Below, one piece after another: positions 11,292 to 22,988 of a stretch of DNA of 64,000 nucleotides. The position numbers and the translations under genes were made by a program. Source of the DNA: Marsupella aquatica (taxonomy: Eukaryota; Plantae; Marchantiophyta); contig OZ316893.1 of the NCBI GenBank assembly GCA_973895155.1, positions 22,417,844-22,481,843 on the forward strand. The letters are read 5' to 3'. How positions within the stretch are numbered: the first letter of the stretch is position 1; each line of letters begins with the position of its first letter. The notes below the pieces were generated by a model. It did no database searches, was not told where the DNA came from, and worked only from the letters and a program-made list of their open reading frames with translations.

Positions 11292-12694
11292 TCCATCAGA
11301 AGGATGCAAACATTGACTTGAGCAGGTATATTAATCGTCCCCATGTGGATGACATTTTAACCTCCAAGTTTTGGACGTTGTTCTGCTCACAGTACGTCCA
11401 GCCAAACAAGACCTCATCAGAAGAAGCATAAGCAAATGGAAAATGTCTAAGGATGCAATGTGGATCCATAAGCAAATGTAAACAAAGGAAGTAATTAAGT
11501 AGAATTAGTAGTGAAACTTCAAGTAGAAGATAGCAGATAGAGTATTTAAGTGCAGTAGTAGGCGTGAATAATCTTTGTAAGATGGCTGGGATGATAACAA
11601 TAGAAGGCGCAACAATCTTTGCTATATGGAGTACTATAGGTTTAGGGTTTTGTTACAAACGGTGCAGTACAAAGTTCTAAAGGTGATGGTAGGGACTGTG
11701 CTCTAGGCATAAGAGCAAGGCAAAGAAGGCAATAGGAGTAGGGCGATTGAATGTTCTTAGCCCTAGGCCCTCACTCTCTATATATTAAGTGAACCCCCCT
11801 GAGAACAGACCCCCCCCCTTGTACCCCTTCTTAATATTTTTTCTTCCATTAAAATATCACTTGTTAATATAAAAATATTAAATTTTGCTATTAAATTTTA
11901 CCCTTTTGTAACTTATAAAAGGGTCTTTCAGATAATTGAAAATACCCTTGACTTTTTAAAATTATGAATATCATATAAACATGCAAACTACTCAGAAACA
12001 TAAATTATGTGTAATGATGTTATTTTGCATAAGAAACCTGATGTGGGTACAGGTTTCATATAGATTAACAAAATTAGCACCAGATAATTATAGTATCGCT
12101 GGTTGCTTGTAAACCTCATAAACATGAACTAATTAAATTAACACTAGAATGTTCTAGTGCCTTGGAAGAATAATTGCAAGTATATTATTGCATATACATG
12201 TATACTATTGAGTATGCATGACTGTATACTGTTGCTAAATTGTTCTAAATATTATAAACTAAGCATGATTCTTAGTCTGTAAAAATCTCCCTCAGTCTGT
12301 ACAAATCTCCCTGACTCAAGTAAAGTTCCCCATGATCATGACTAAGCATGATGATCAATGTGAAATCACTAGCTCAAATACAGTTCTTGGCAGCTTCTTT
12401 TGAACCTGATACATCAAACCACACATTAATAATTGATTTTGGACCATACTCATTACACAAGAAAATCACTGCTGAGAAATATGAGAATAATACCATTAGG
12501 TCCTCTTTGACTAAATTGTTACTTAGACATGCTAGGTAATTTCTCTGTCATCTCTACAATCAAACAATTGATTGAAATGTCAGAAGCATTATCAAAATTT
12601 CTATTCAAAAGCTTTTCATACCAATTACATACTTAAATGGTACATGCAATAACCAGGCAATAACTATGACAATTGCTTACCCTGTTATATAAGA

Positions 12695-15600
12695 TTAAGG
12701 AATTTTGTTTTTGGCAAAATTATCAAGAGCAACTGCATCATCTGGATGCAACTGAAAAACTCCTGGGCATAGTGGATCCACTGTCAAGTGAACTGTTGAT
12801 ATAACACAGTCCAAATCAATGAATTGTGGATCACACACATTGTAGGCAAATTTATGCCTACTAGTTCCAATTGGAGAAAACCATTGGAACATAATTTTAC
12901 ATGCCTCCTCACCACCAGGCCTATCAAGCAAATCCAATTCACCTCTTGCTCTGTCCTGTTTCCCACCATATTTTTTGTGTATACTTTGTATTCTGCCTAT
13001 CCACCACATATATTTTGGTGTCGTATTTGAAGACATTGCAACAGCTGCACCTCTGGGCCTCTTTGGATTTGGAACAAGATCATCTGATCTACTACCAATT
13101 CTCTTTCCTCGTCCTTTTCCTCTCAATGTTCATGAAATTGCCTCTGAACTTCTGGTTTCAGGAGCACTGTATGTATCATCCAAAAATAATACTCCACAAT
13201 CTGAACCTACTGTAACAAACATTGTTTGAGCACCTGCCCTCACATTGGGTTTGTCCACTAAATTGTTGAAGTAGTGATTTTGCTTTATCCGGGTCAATCT
13301 GTCTTTACTGAGGAGAGGGTTCAGGGTCAACTGGCTAACCAAAGTACTTTTGTAAATGGACCGATTTTGATATTCTACTGTTGGCTTCACATCTTGTCTT
13401 GCTGCTCCATATATCAAGTCAGAATGCATGATGCCCATGGTGGCCTCCATTTGAGCAGCAACTCCCTCTACATCTGGGTCTGCATATATCAAAAGTTGTT
13501 CTGTTGGGACAGGAGACTCGGAGTCCTCTTCTACAACTTCTGTTGGAACTGATGAGGATGCAGGCTCATGAGACGTGGTTTCACTTTCCTCAGATTCCTC
13601 CACATCTGCCCCTCCATCTGCTAATGTATCAACATTCACATCACACCAACTACCAAACTTGACCCCTTTAGCCTCCATCTTCCATGCGGAATTCCACCAC
13701 ACCTTGTCTCTACAGGATGTGGAAGGGTTCATTTGTAACTCAGTGCATGCATTTTGGGCAAGCTGAAGACCTTCTTGCAAAGCAATCACTATTTCTCCAT
13801 TTGTTTCAATCCCTGCATAGTCCATTTGATCTGCTACAATAGGAATCCCTGCTGGGATTGTAGTGAGCTTCATCCAAATGTTTTCATGTTTTTTGTGGCT
13901 CTTCCCTGCACCCATCATTCCTTCAGCCAGATCCATTGCAGCCAATCAATTTTGATTGGTAGCGCATTCTACTAACTCAGCCAAGTCATAACTTCGCTCA
14001 TGACCATTCATACCTCCTACTGCAGAAAAAAACTGCTCACAAGCATCTGACCCAGTCAAATGCAATGGTACTGGAAGATGTCAAAAATTGTCCCTGAATT
14101 GGATTACCAACAGGACCACAAAATGAACTGACATTTGAATGTCAAGGAAACTTTGCATGAGAATGCAATTTTTTGTGAAACTGGTTGGTTGTGTATTCCC
14201 TCCCACAAAATGGTTTCCATGAAAGCACCATTGACGCCATAGTCTAAAGAAAAATCCAACCTTCCCACAATGGACAATTCTCTGTCGCAAACTGAGACTA
14301 GTATTTAGAAATATATCAATGTAGTCTGCACATATCCTAGTGTAAACTTCTGTCCCAAGAGTCTGTTCAACTCTTGCATCACCACGTTGGCGAAGCATCT
14401 GTAAGGAGGACTGTACTTTGCGGCTACAGAGTCGTTGTGCACTAGCCCAATTTTGCCTATCTTTCCTTGACTTGTCCTCTTCATTCAAGCCATGATCACT
14501 GTTCAGGTACACCTTGTAACAAGATATGATGTGACTCAAGTTCGCCATTTCTGCTCCTAATTTCAAAATACGAGAAGTAGAATCCAATGGGTTCACTAAC
14601 TTCTTCCCATTATGAATAAAATCTTGATCGTGGAGTCCATATGCATGGATCAATGGTCTAGCAGTGATCATAGAGTGAGTCAATGTCCAAGCTTCCCACC
14701 TCAGGTCTTGTCTTGGCCCTGGTATTCCTTTTCCAGAGTAGTCTTCCAGCATAAGCTTTCTCCTCCGTGCATCCCCATCACTGGCATGACCCAATAATGG
14801 CCCCACTGACTCGAGGCAATGAGTTGTCCACAGTGAGGCTAGGGTATTCCATTGTCGCCTGACCCATGGAGCATCAAACTTGTTACATGTACCCATCCCC
14901 AATATGCACAATCGAGGGAATCCAGTAACAAGGGCATTTACTATCAAACACCTTGCCTAGTGAGCTACAACATAACTGTCAAATGCATCTGCAATGTTGT
15001 TGAAGCCAACTTCTCCTTCCCCCACCATGATCTCCAAACCAACACTACACTCATGGTTGGTTTTTGTCCCACAAAACCCAAGAAGAGTATCATGTTTAGG
15101 CAGCCATCTGCAACCAATAGCAGGCGGTCTTTTCATTAGTTGCTTGTTCAATATTTTTGTGTAACACAAAAATATTAAACAGAAAGAATGACCAGAGCAA
15201 GAGGAGGCAAGAGTAGTCACCTCACAGTTCTCTTCACACAAGTCTCATCCTCTGCCAAATAGCATGGAATGGGTCCATGAATATTTAATCGAGCTTTCAA
15301 TTTGGAAAAAATTTCCGCAACAAACTGGAATTGCTCTGCATGAATTCCAGCACGAAACACTGCCATACCTCTCCTATCTCGTTGAAGGGTGTTGATAGTA
15401 GGACCAATTCCATTGGTTGCAAGACAATCAACTACACGCCTTCCACCATGTAAAAATAGTGTTTGACAGAGAAGCTTTGTTCCAGGCTTAAAACGATATC
15501 CTATCTTCTCCCTATTGATGTTTTGTGCTATGTCTGACAACATATCCCACAGAGCTCCTCTCCCACCAAAGGCACCTCGTTTGTGTGCTAGTATTATTGA

Positions 15601-17376
15601 ATGACAGAATTTCAAAACAGTTGCTTTGTTTGGTTCTTGATAGTGAAGACACACTTCACTAATGCTGGGGACCAGAGCCTTTGCCATGAGTAGCTTGTGA
15701 CTCAAGATTCTCTGCAATTTTTGCTCTCTCAAAATTTGGTTCCTATAGCTTTTGGCTTGGTACTGAACCTCTGGAATAGTTAGGTAGTCTAACCGCCTGC
15801 CTTTACCAGTTGTTCTACAACCTCGTTTCTCAATAGCTTTGTACTCCCTGTAAACTCTGAGTCGAAAGTCCTGCTCTGTTTTTATGCTAAAACAGAGCGA
15901 ACAGGTCAAGTCAATAAAACCTCCACCAAGTTCTGATATTCGCCTACAATCTCTGTGTCTAAATAAACCAGAGATCACACAGGTTTCTTGAGTTGTCAAA
16001 CACCACACCTCTACCCTCACTATGGGCTCTGCATACCAATTCCCATCTAATTTCAGTTGATCATTTAAGATTTCCTTGATAGGCCTGGTATCTGAACCAT
16101 ATTTCACCACATCACGCCAGAGACCCCAGCATAGCAAAGAGAGATTGTCAAGAGTACCTTTGTCTTTTGAACTAGAACTGGAAGCTCCTCCAGTTGAGGG
16201 GCGAGTTAAGAACCCAGCTATTTTCTGTTGTTTCACATCTCTTCCATCTGGTGCACGAGGTCTCCCTGGCCTTCCACTGTGCACTGGATTGCCCATAGCA
16301 GGCCTTTGACTTCTCATGACATAATTAAGATGACTCAAGCCTCCCACATGGGCTTCCAGATTTGTTTCCAAATTGCGTTGTTTTGGAATCAATGTTAGGT
16401 TTTCAGCACAAAACTCACAACAAAGTTTGAACTTGACCAACTCTACAGGCTCTTTGTCCACATCACCTATTACAGTAAATGTATCATGCCCAACAAGCCC
16501 ACCAGCAATCTGTGCTGAGTTAATCTTCTCCACAATCTTGACATGTTGATCAAGTATGGCTCTATCATTCAGAGTACTAGTCTCAGCCCTCTGAGCAATC
16601 ACTTTGTGATCCACTTTCTCACCCCTATTAGATGCTACACGTCTAGCATGCTTTTTTGATGGCAAGTGTTTCACTCTGAAGTTTGTAAACACATTATTGA
16701 CCATAGTTTTATCCACACCCTTGACACTGCTACATGCAACTGCTTGATATCTGTAGTCACATTCGCAACACTCAATATGCCCACGAGGCACACCATCCTT
16801 GTCCCACGTTCTGACTTTCCATTTGTGGTCCACACACTTAAGAAAAGTCATCCACTCTCTCAACTTTGTCACAGAAGTCTCCCATGCTATCTTTAAGTCC
16901 TGAGACATCAATACAGAGTCTAGGCTGACTTGAGACTCAGCGGATTGGGCTCCACTTGCAGGCTGGTCCTCCTGGGATGAAGCACTTGCAGGCTGGGTCT
17001 CCTGGAATGGAGCTCCACTTGCAGGCTGGTTAGAGGGTTCATCTATTGCAGGAGTACCAACTTGGTCTCCAGTAGATGTGCTACCAGGTCCATTGGATGC
17101 ATGGCTGCTTCCAAGGACTTGTTGTGCCCCATTCTGCACATCTCCTTGGACAAAATTGTTGGAGTATTTTGGGACAATGACAATCTTTCCACCACAATCC
17201 TCTACTAGATTATACCTTGCAAGGTTGACGTCCATGAAATGGAACTCAAAGTCAAAACCTGACTCCAAGTTCTTTCTAGCATCATAAAAGGTTTCACCTA
17301 TCTTGTAGCTATATGATGTCAAAGGTTTACGTTCCCCTGACTCTAGGTCTGCTTGAAATATAGTGGCAGGCGGCAT
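12695..17376 (-). pseudogene. P-element-superfamily-like transposase (about 1,500 aa reconstructed), two coding exons, four in-frame stops
   Basis: Motifs LAEDETCVK, GHASDGD, QDFIHNGKKLVN, DRQNWASAQRLCS and GSDACEQFFS parallel the P-type DE / D / DxxHxxK / GTP-binding insertion / ExFFS pattern. One intron at ~15220-15109. ORFs 14957.., 14081.., 13130.. and 12695.. share one frame. The N-terminal part has two CxxC...H...H Zn-finger-like motifs. Confidence 0.8.
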
Positions 17377-18066
17377 CCTCTATGTCCCACGTTTAATTCC
17401 CTATCCAAATGACATATGCCAAGGGCATAGGCCTGCAAACAGAGCACAACACAAGAGAGAAACACCAGAATCAAAATGGACTCAATCAAAGCAACACAGA
17501 CAGTTATCTGTTACTTTGTAAACCCACAAACTCATCCAATGACAACAACATGGGGATTTATGAAGATTTGGTGCCCTACAAGTAACCTAAGGAAGCCCAT
17601 CTATCAAGACCGCATCCACCAGACCAATTCCACAAGAGCCTTGCCCCATCCCGGCCATTTTTCATGGTGATTGGCTTGTAAAAGGTCCATTGCAGCTTTC
17701 TCCTTTCGGGTGGGAAGGGACATACCCTTTGCATGCAAGAACTCTGGTTTCAGCGTAAGCACAAGAGAGAGTGGGATCTACACATGGCCGCTTCAGTTTG
17801 TCCCAAAATAGCTTGTCCTAGATTAGCTTGTCCCAATTGAGCTTGTCCCAGTTTGTGCTTGGTCCATGTGCAGTCGAGGCCAGGCCCATCACTCCAACCT
17901 CTCTCCTTGACATGTGCAATGGGCTGTTTGGAATTTATTTACTCACAGACTTGCTCAGAGAGGCTGGACCTTGCTTGAATAGTGACATCCCTTGGACAAC
18001 CCATACCCTATGGCTAGGCTCTAAGTAGTCTTTCCCCCCCACTTCCAGGCTACCTGCACCTGCTTC

Positions 18067-18290
18067 GCCTCCAAGGAGTGCTAGATTGCCAGGGATGAAA
18101 TCTGGCAGTCTCCATTGAGGGCATTACTTCCCCAATGGTCTCCTTGGATTTGATGGGCCCTGCAAACAATCCTAGATCTACAACTCGCCTCCAAGGAGCG
18201 CTAGATTGCCAGTGATGAAATCTAGCAATCTCCATTGAGGGCATTACTTCCCCAGTGGTCCCCTTGGATTTGATGGAACCTGCAAACAAT
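18067..18290. repeat. About 120-bp direct tandem duplication, each unit carrying a minus-strand splice acceptor (GTTTGCAG)
   Basis: CGCCTCCAAGGAG...CCTGCAAACAAT occurs at ~18067 and ~18187. Confidence 0.8.
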
Positions 18291-18984
18291 TCTATATTTA
18301 TAGCAAAAAGACAAAGCCTAACTCACAGAACGTGAAAAGAAATGCTTACCTGAGCAAAGCACACAAAGCCCTGTTTGTTAAATCCATACAAGAGCGACAA
18401 AAAATTGGAATGCACAGATCAAATGAAAGTAGCAAAGACAGCAAGAAGTATCAGTGATTCCCCACTCACCTATGTATAATTTGCAAAGATTGCTTCAAAT
18501 TAAGGCAGCTAGATCCACCTTGTGTCCAGCCCACCACAAACCTGCTCCCGACAAAGAACAATATAATGAATGATCAAATAAGTCAATGTGCTCACTTGAC
18601 GAGACCATCCAACCTCTCTATTTCACTATTATTTGCTTAAGGGGGACCTAGGAGGAGTTCAACACAAATAGTAAGCATGACAAGAAACAGCGCAGTCAAA
18701 ATAGTCATATCCATGCATTGACGTGGAGCTGCTGGACCAGATATACTTCTCGCAAGTCTGACCAAACTACACATGTACTGCTGTATCCATGCCACATACT
18801 ATGGAGAAAATACTTTAAATACTACTCAGGATCAACATTGGACTGAGATATGGGACTCGGGACCAAAGCCGTGGAACACACTGGCCGATTCCACGACAAG
18901 CCATGAACTCGATCGCATCTTGGTGTGTGAATAGAAATCTCCAAGGCGTCAGAGGTCAATCTAGTTGTGAAGGTTGTGAAGGTG

Positions 18985-21900
18985 TGTCACGTCGTAGGCT
19001 TCGGCCTTAACTCAGACTTCAGCTTAGACGGGCACATCCCTCGTAAATCTGAGGGTTCGGGCAGGAAGGGAAGCACGTAATGCACCTTATTCTCGTAAAC
19101 TAGCGCTAAGTGCGCATATTGCTAAATACGGACACCTCCTAGGTATGGTTTGTGTTCCGCCGCCGGAACGTACCTTAGTCGATAGCAGGATCGACCCCGG
19201 CTTAAGGGCTTCTAAGCCTTCGTGCTGTCCGCCTTCGATCCAGATTCGATGATACAGGTCCTCAACCCGTGCTCGCAACCACTTACCCGCAGGCTGCACC
19301 CTGTGCACGTCTCGGGTAGTGCGTTCGGCCCGGCGCTGCCACCCATATACGAGAAACCCCCACACATATGCGCACACATGCATACAATCTCGATTTACAC
19401 GAAGGAAAAATGATGGGAAAGGATTTTTACTACAAAGGGAACATATGCGTACACTTAGTTGACACGACAGCCCTGGAATGCACAGGTTCAAGGCCAAGGG
19501 TGCACACTACAACGGAGCCCGGCTCCGCACTCGCCCGGCAAGCTTAGTCCTACCCCCTCCCCTTGGTACTCTGTCATTCCTAGAGGTCGGGACTCCCCGC
19601 ATGTCCCGCGGATGTCCGACTCTGAAACTAAAAACCCCCCCCCTGCCTCTACCGAGGGGTGCACTAAATACTAAGAGCCGAGGAACGGGGCGTCCTCCCG
19701 CCGAAGATTCGCTGACCAAGGTCCTAACTAAGCTGACAGTCAGGCCGGAAAACGGCTGTGTCTTATTAGAAGATCCTAATCTACGCAGGCTGGACAGCAG
19801 GGCAGCGCTGCCGTACCTAAGGCAGGTGCCTGTCCCAAGAGCCTGACTAAGCCAATCCTAATCCTAATCTATTCCTACTCCGCCGCTAATGCCTGGCACG
19901 CTTGCTAGAGCCGCCCGAATGGGAACGGCCATCCCGCTGCCTTCGAAGCCTGTCATTGTCCGCTTTGAGGAGCTGGACCTGGTCCAGCAGAGATTCGTTC
20001 TCTCGCCTCGCCGCGTCCGTCTCCTCTGCTGCCTCCTGACATGCCTCCTCCAGCTGCTGGGCGTCGCTCGCCAGTTTACTCGCCAGCTGGTCCTGCTTCT
20101 CGGCCTCGGTTTGGAGCCGCGCCATCTCGGCCTGCAGCGTGGCTATCTCCGTCGCGTCCCGCTGGGCTCGCTCCTCGGCCTCCTCCAGGTCTTTCTGCCA
20201 GGTGACAGCTTGTTTCTTCAAACTGTCAATCTGGTTCCGGAGTCGAGTAATCTCGGCCTCGTTCCCAGCTTTGGCCTGTTCGGCTAGGGCGGTAAGAGCG
20301 TACGCCTTTGCTAACAACTCATCGGCGGCTGCAACCTTGGGTCGTAGTTGCAGAAGCTCAGCCTCTTGAGCCGCCACTTCGTTCTTTAGGTACACGGACT
20401 CCTCCCGGTACCGCTCTATCCTCTGAAGGGCCTCCGACTGGGCCCGCCCTGCCTTTACGGCGGCAACCAACTCCTGATTGAAGAAACAGGCTACCTTCCG
20501 AGCCATGAACTCCCCGGTATCCCGGGCAATTTGATGAGAGAAATCTCCCAGAAGCCCGTTCAGAAACGTACCCTGTACGAAGAGTTCCGGGTGGTCCAAG
20601 TTGTGCCTGTCCGGATTTGGGCACGGGCAGACATCAACACGCGCAGGGGCCGGGGCAGTGACGTCCAGCCCTGGGGACATAACGTTGGAAGGGGCCGGAG
20701 TATCCTCCTGCAGCGATGTCCGGTTCTCCGGAATTGCCACCGGCGGGTCCTTGGGAGGCCCGGGTTCGGGTAAGACCTCTGCCGTACCAACTTCTGTACT
20801 TAGCCCGGCTAGTTGGGTCGCATCAACGGTTGCGACGACCGACCCCTCCGGCGCCTCCTCGGTTACGATTACAGCTATTTGTGGAGGTGGGGTGGGTGAA
20901 GCTGGCGTGTCCACTGGACTTCGGGCCTCGGGTTGGGGCCGTCTCTCCAATGCCGGAAAAACCCACCTAGCTGGGACCAGCTTTGTAACGTTGAGGCGGG
21001 GAAGGGTTCGTCGATCAAACCGGGCATACCACTCAAGAATGATTTCGATGTGGCTAGCGAAATACGCCTTCCCGCCAATGTACAGCGTCTTCCTTCGCCG
21101 CTCCATCTCTTCATGGAATTTCTTAGCGAAGTACGACGCCCACTTCCTAGGTCGATAGTTCTCGACCTGGATGACCTGGGCGGCGGAGATCTCCCCCCGG
21201 GGTTCCATCAAGTGGAGAGCGTACCTCTGGAACTCCAGCCGCTCAGCTATCTCGGGCATGAGGCAGGTCCTCATCACGAACCCGTTGTCTACTGATCCCT
21301 CTGAGGGAAAACTTGAAGATTGGTACTTGGCCCCCTTGCCCCCGGGAGCCCGTGATTCGACTCGATGGTCACCTTCGGGTAACCCGAAGATCATCTTGAG
21401 CCGTTCTTCTGTGAGGGACATATTCCTTCCCCGCAGCCGAGTCTGTTGACGTACGTCGTCATAATTCTTGACGAATTCTGTCATGTCCTCCCCGTAGTAC
21501 CTGCAAGTGTTCCAGGGGAGAGAGGCGAGGTGCTCAAATCCCTGAGTCTTCAGGTACACCGCATGCTTGGGATGGAGGATGTTGCTGTGAACGTTTTCCC
21601 CCATGCGATGCATCGTTACCTTGGCTACGGCTACCGTGGCTAACGGTAACCCGGATGCACTGGCGGATTCCTTTCTCTTCTTTCCCCGTGACTGACTCGG
21701 GGAAGGTGATACTTCCCCATCCTCCCGATCGGGCCTGGGGAGTGCCACTGCGGTTGGTAACGGGCCCGGGGCGGCCACGGTCACCATGTTGTCTGCTGGG
21801 GCCGCTCCTGGGGTCAGAGCAGGGGGTGGGGACGGTATAGTGTCGGCCCCCCGAGCGCTTGTTCCTCTGGGCCGCCTGGTCAAGGGTGGGGTAGCCTCGT

Positions 21901-22988
21901 CGTCATCGCTAAGATCCACCGCGTTGATGACGGAGCGTACCTGTGCTGGTTGGGTGATAGGTGGTGGGGTTTGGCTAGGCTGCGGCTGAGGCTGAAGCTG
22001 AGGTTGCATGGGCACGGGTACGGGTACGGGTACGGGTCCGGCTGAGTTGGTCATGTTGGTTGATGGCCGAGTTCCCATGAAGCTCTGTAGGTGCTGGTAG
22101 AAGTTCTCCGAAGCGAGTGCGGACGCCCTTGTCGAACGGTTGGTACTGGACTCGCCGTTAATGACTGCCCGAACCTGGGCAGGGATGTGGTCGAAGTGAT
22201 GTCGCTGCAGGTCGATTGTACCCGGGATATTGAAGACCTCGTCCGGAAGCCGAAGCAATGCTTCCCAGAACCCGATATATTTGTCTCCGTCAAAGAAGTA
22301 CCCAGATACCTCGGCTGGTCGGTAAAGCTCGCTCTGAGACGGGTAGTCAAAGTTAAGGACGTAGTGGTGTCGTCCTGCTAGGCGGATGGCTCTCTCGTAT
22401 TCGCGTTCGATCTCGTATCGGCGCGGGTTGGCGTGTTTCAATGAATCGGCCAAGTGCCTTCCGGTAGATAGGAACTGCGTCCAGAATCGAATGGCCGAGC
22501 TGGAGAGGATCGTGTGCGACATTCAGAGGAGATAGTAGTGGCGACCTAGAGAGAACGAGAGAGCTGGGGTCGAAGCTGGCGCGCGGACTGATGGACTGGT
22601 GCACTACAAAGGGTTGGCTCCCCTTTTATACTTTAAGGGCTTGTCGATCCCCGACGTCTCCTCGACGCCCATAGGTTGAACCGCTCACGCTTGTGGTGTA
22701 CCGGCCACTCCGCCGGTCTGAGTCAGCGTGCGTCAGTGGCCGCTTCCTTAAGTTCGTTATACGGACCCGAGGGAGGGGCCACTCCATGCTCATAACCCGG
22801 GTGTGCGAATAGCGACCCGCCGCCAGCCCGAAGCTGAAGTCCCCCTTATTGCCTAATGATGTCCTACCCCTAATGATTACCTAAATACTGTCGTCATGCT
22901 AATAATAGCGGCCTAAGACCCACCTAACGCGCGTGCCGAGCGCCGTTAGACTGAATCACTCATTAACCACCGTACCGGCGGCGTCACA
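18985..22988 (-). mobile_element. 4,004-bp solo-LTR-like insertion nested in the P-like element
   Basis: Termini TGTCACG...CGTCACA and a 5-bp TSD AGGTG (18980-18984, 22989-22993). GC-rich against its flanks. No second internal copy of either terminus seen. Confidence 0.8.
19886..22522 (-). CDS. Intact 878-aa retrotransposon accessory (Athila ORF1/env-like or plant-transposon-domain-like) protein with C-terminal coiled coil
   Basis: Single uninterrupted ORF. The core EFVKNYD...RLRGRNMSLTEERLKMIFGLPEG resembles accessory ORFs of Athila/Tat elements. Pro-rich linkers and a C-terminal heptad-rich region. TATAAAAGGGG lies on the minus strand at 22620-22630, about 100 bp upstream. Confidence 0.65.
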   Translation of the reverse strand: MSHTILSSSAIRFWTQFLSTGRHLADSLKHANPRRYEIEREYERAIRLAGRHHYVLNFDYPSQSELYRPAEVSGYFFDGDKYIGFWEALLRLPDEVFNIPGTIDLQRHHFDHIPAQVRAVINGESSTNRSTRASALASENFYQHLQSFMGTRPSTNMTNSAGPVPVPVPVPMQPQLQPQPQPSQTPPPITQPAQVRSVINAVDLSDDDEATPPLTRRPRGTSARGADTIPSPPPALTPGAAPADNMVTVAAPGPLPTAVALPRPDREDGEVSPSPSQSRGKKRKESASASGLPLATVAVAKVTMHRMGENVHSNILHPKHAVYLKTQGFEHLASLPWNTCRYYGEDMTEFVKNYDDVRQQTRLRGRNMSLTEERLKMIFGLPEGDHRVESRAPGGKGAKYQSSSFPSEGSVDNGFVMRTCLMPEIAERLEFQRYALHLMEPRGEISAAQVIQVENYRPRKWASYFAKKFHEEMERRRKTLYIGGKAYFASHIEIILEWYARFDRRTLPRLNVTKLVPARWVFPALERRPQPEARSPVDTPASPTPPPQIAVIVTEEAPEGSVVATVDATQLAGLSTEVGTAEVLPEPGPPKDPPVAIPENRTSLQEDTPAPSNVMSPGLDVTAPAPARVDVCPCPNPDRHNLDHPELFVQGTFLNGLLGDFSHQIARDTGEFMARKVACFFNQELVAAVKAGRAQSEALQRIERYREESVYLKNEVAAQEAELLQLRPKVAAADELLAKAYALTALAEQAKAGNEAEITRLRNQIDSLKKQAVTWQKDLEEAEERAQRDATEIATLQAEMARLQTEAEKQDQLASKLASDAQQLEEACQEAAEETDAARRENESLLDQVQLLKADNDRLRRQRDGRSHSGGSSKRARH

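Noticed and set aside
19889-22604. Numerous overlapping short ORFs on both strands
   Set aside because: Shadow ORFs of the GC-rich 878-aa coding sequence.
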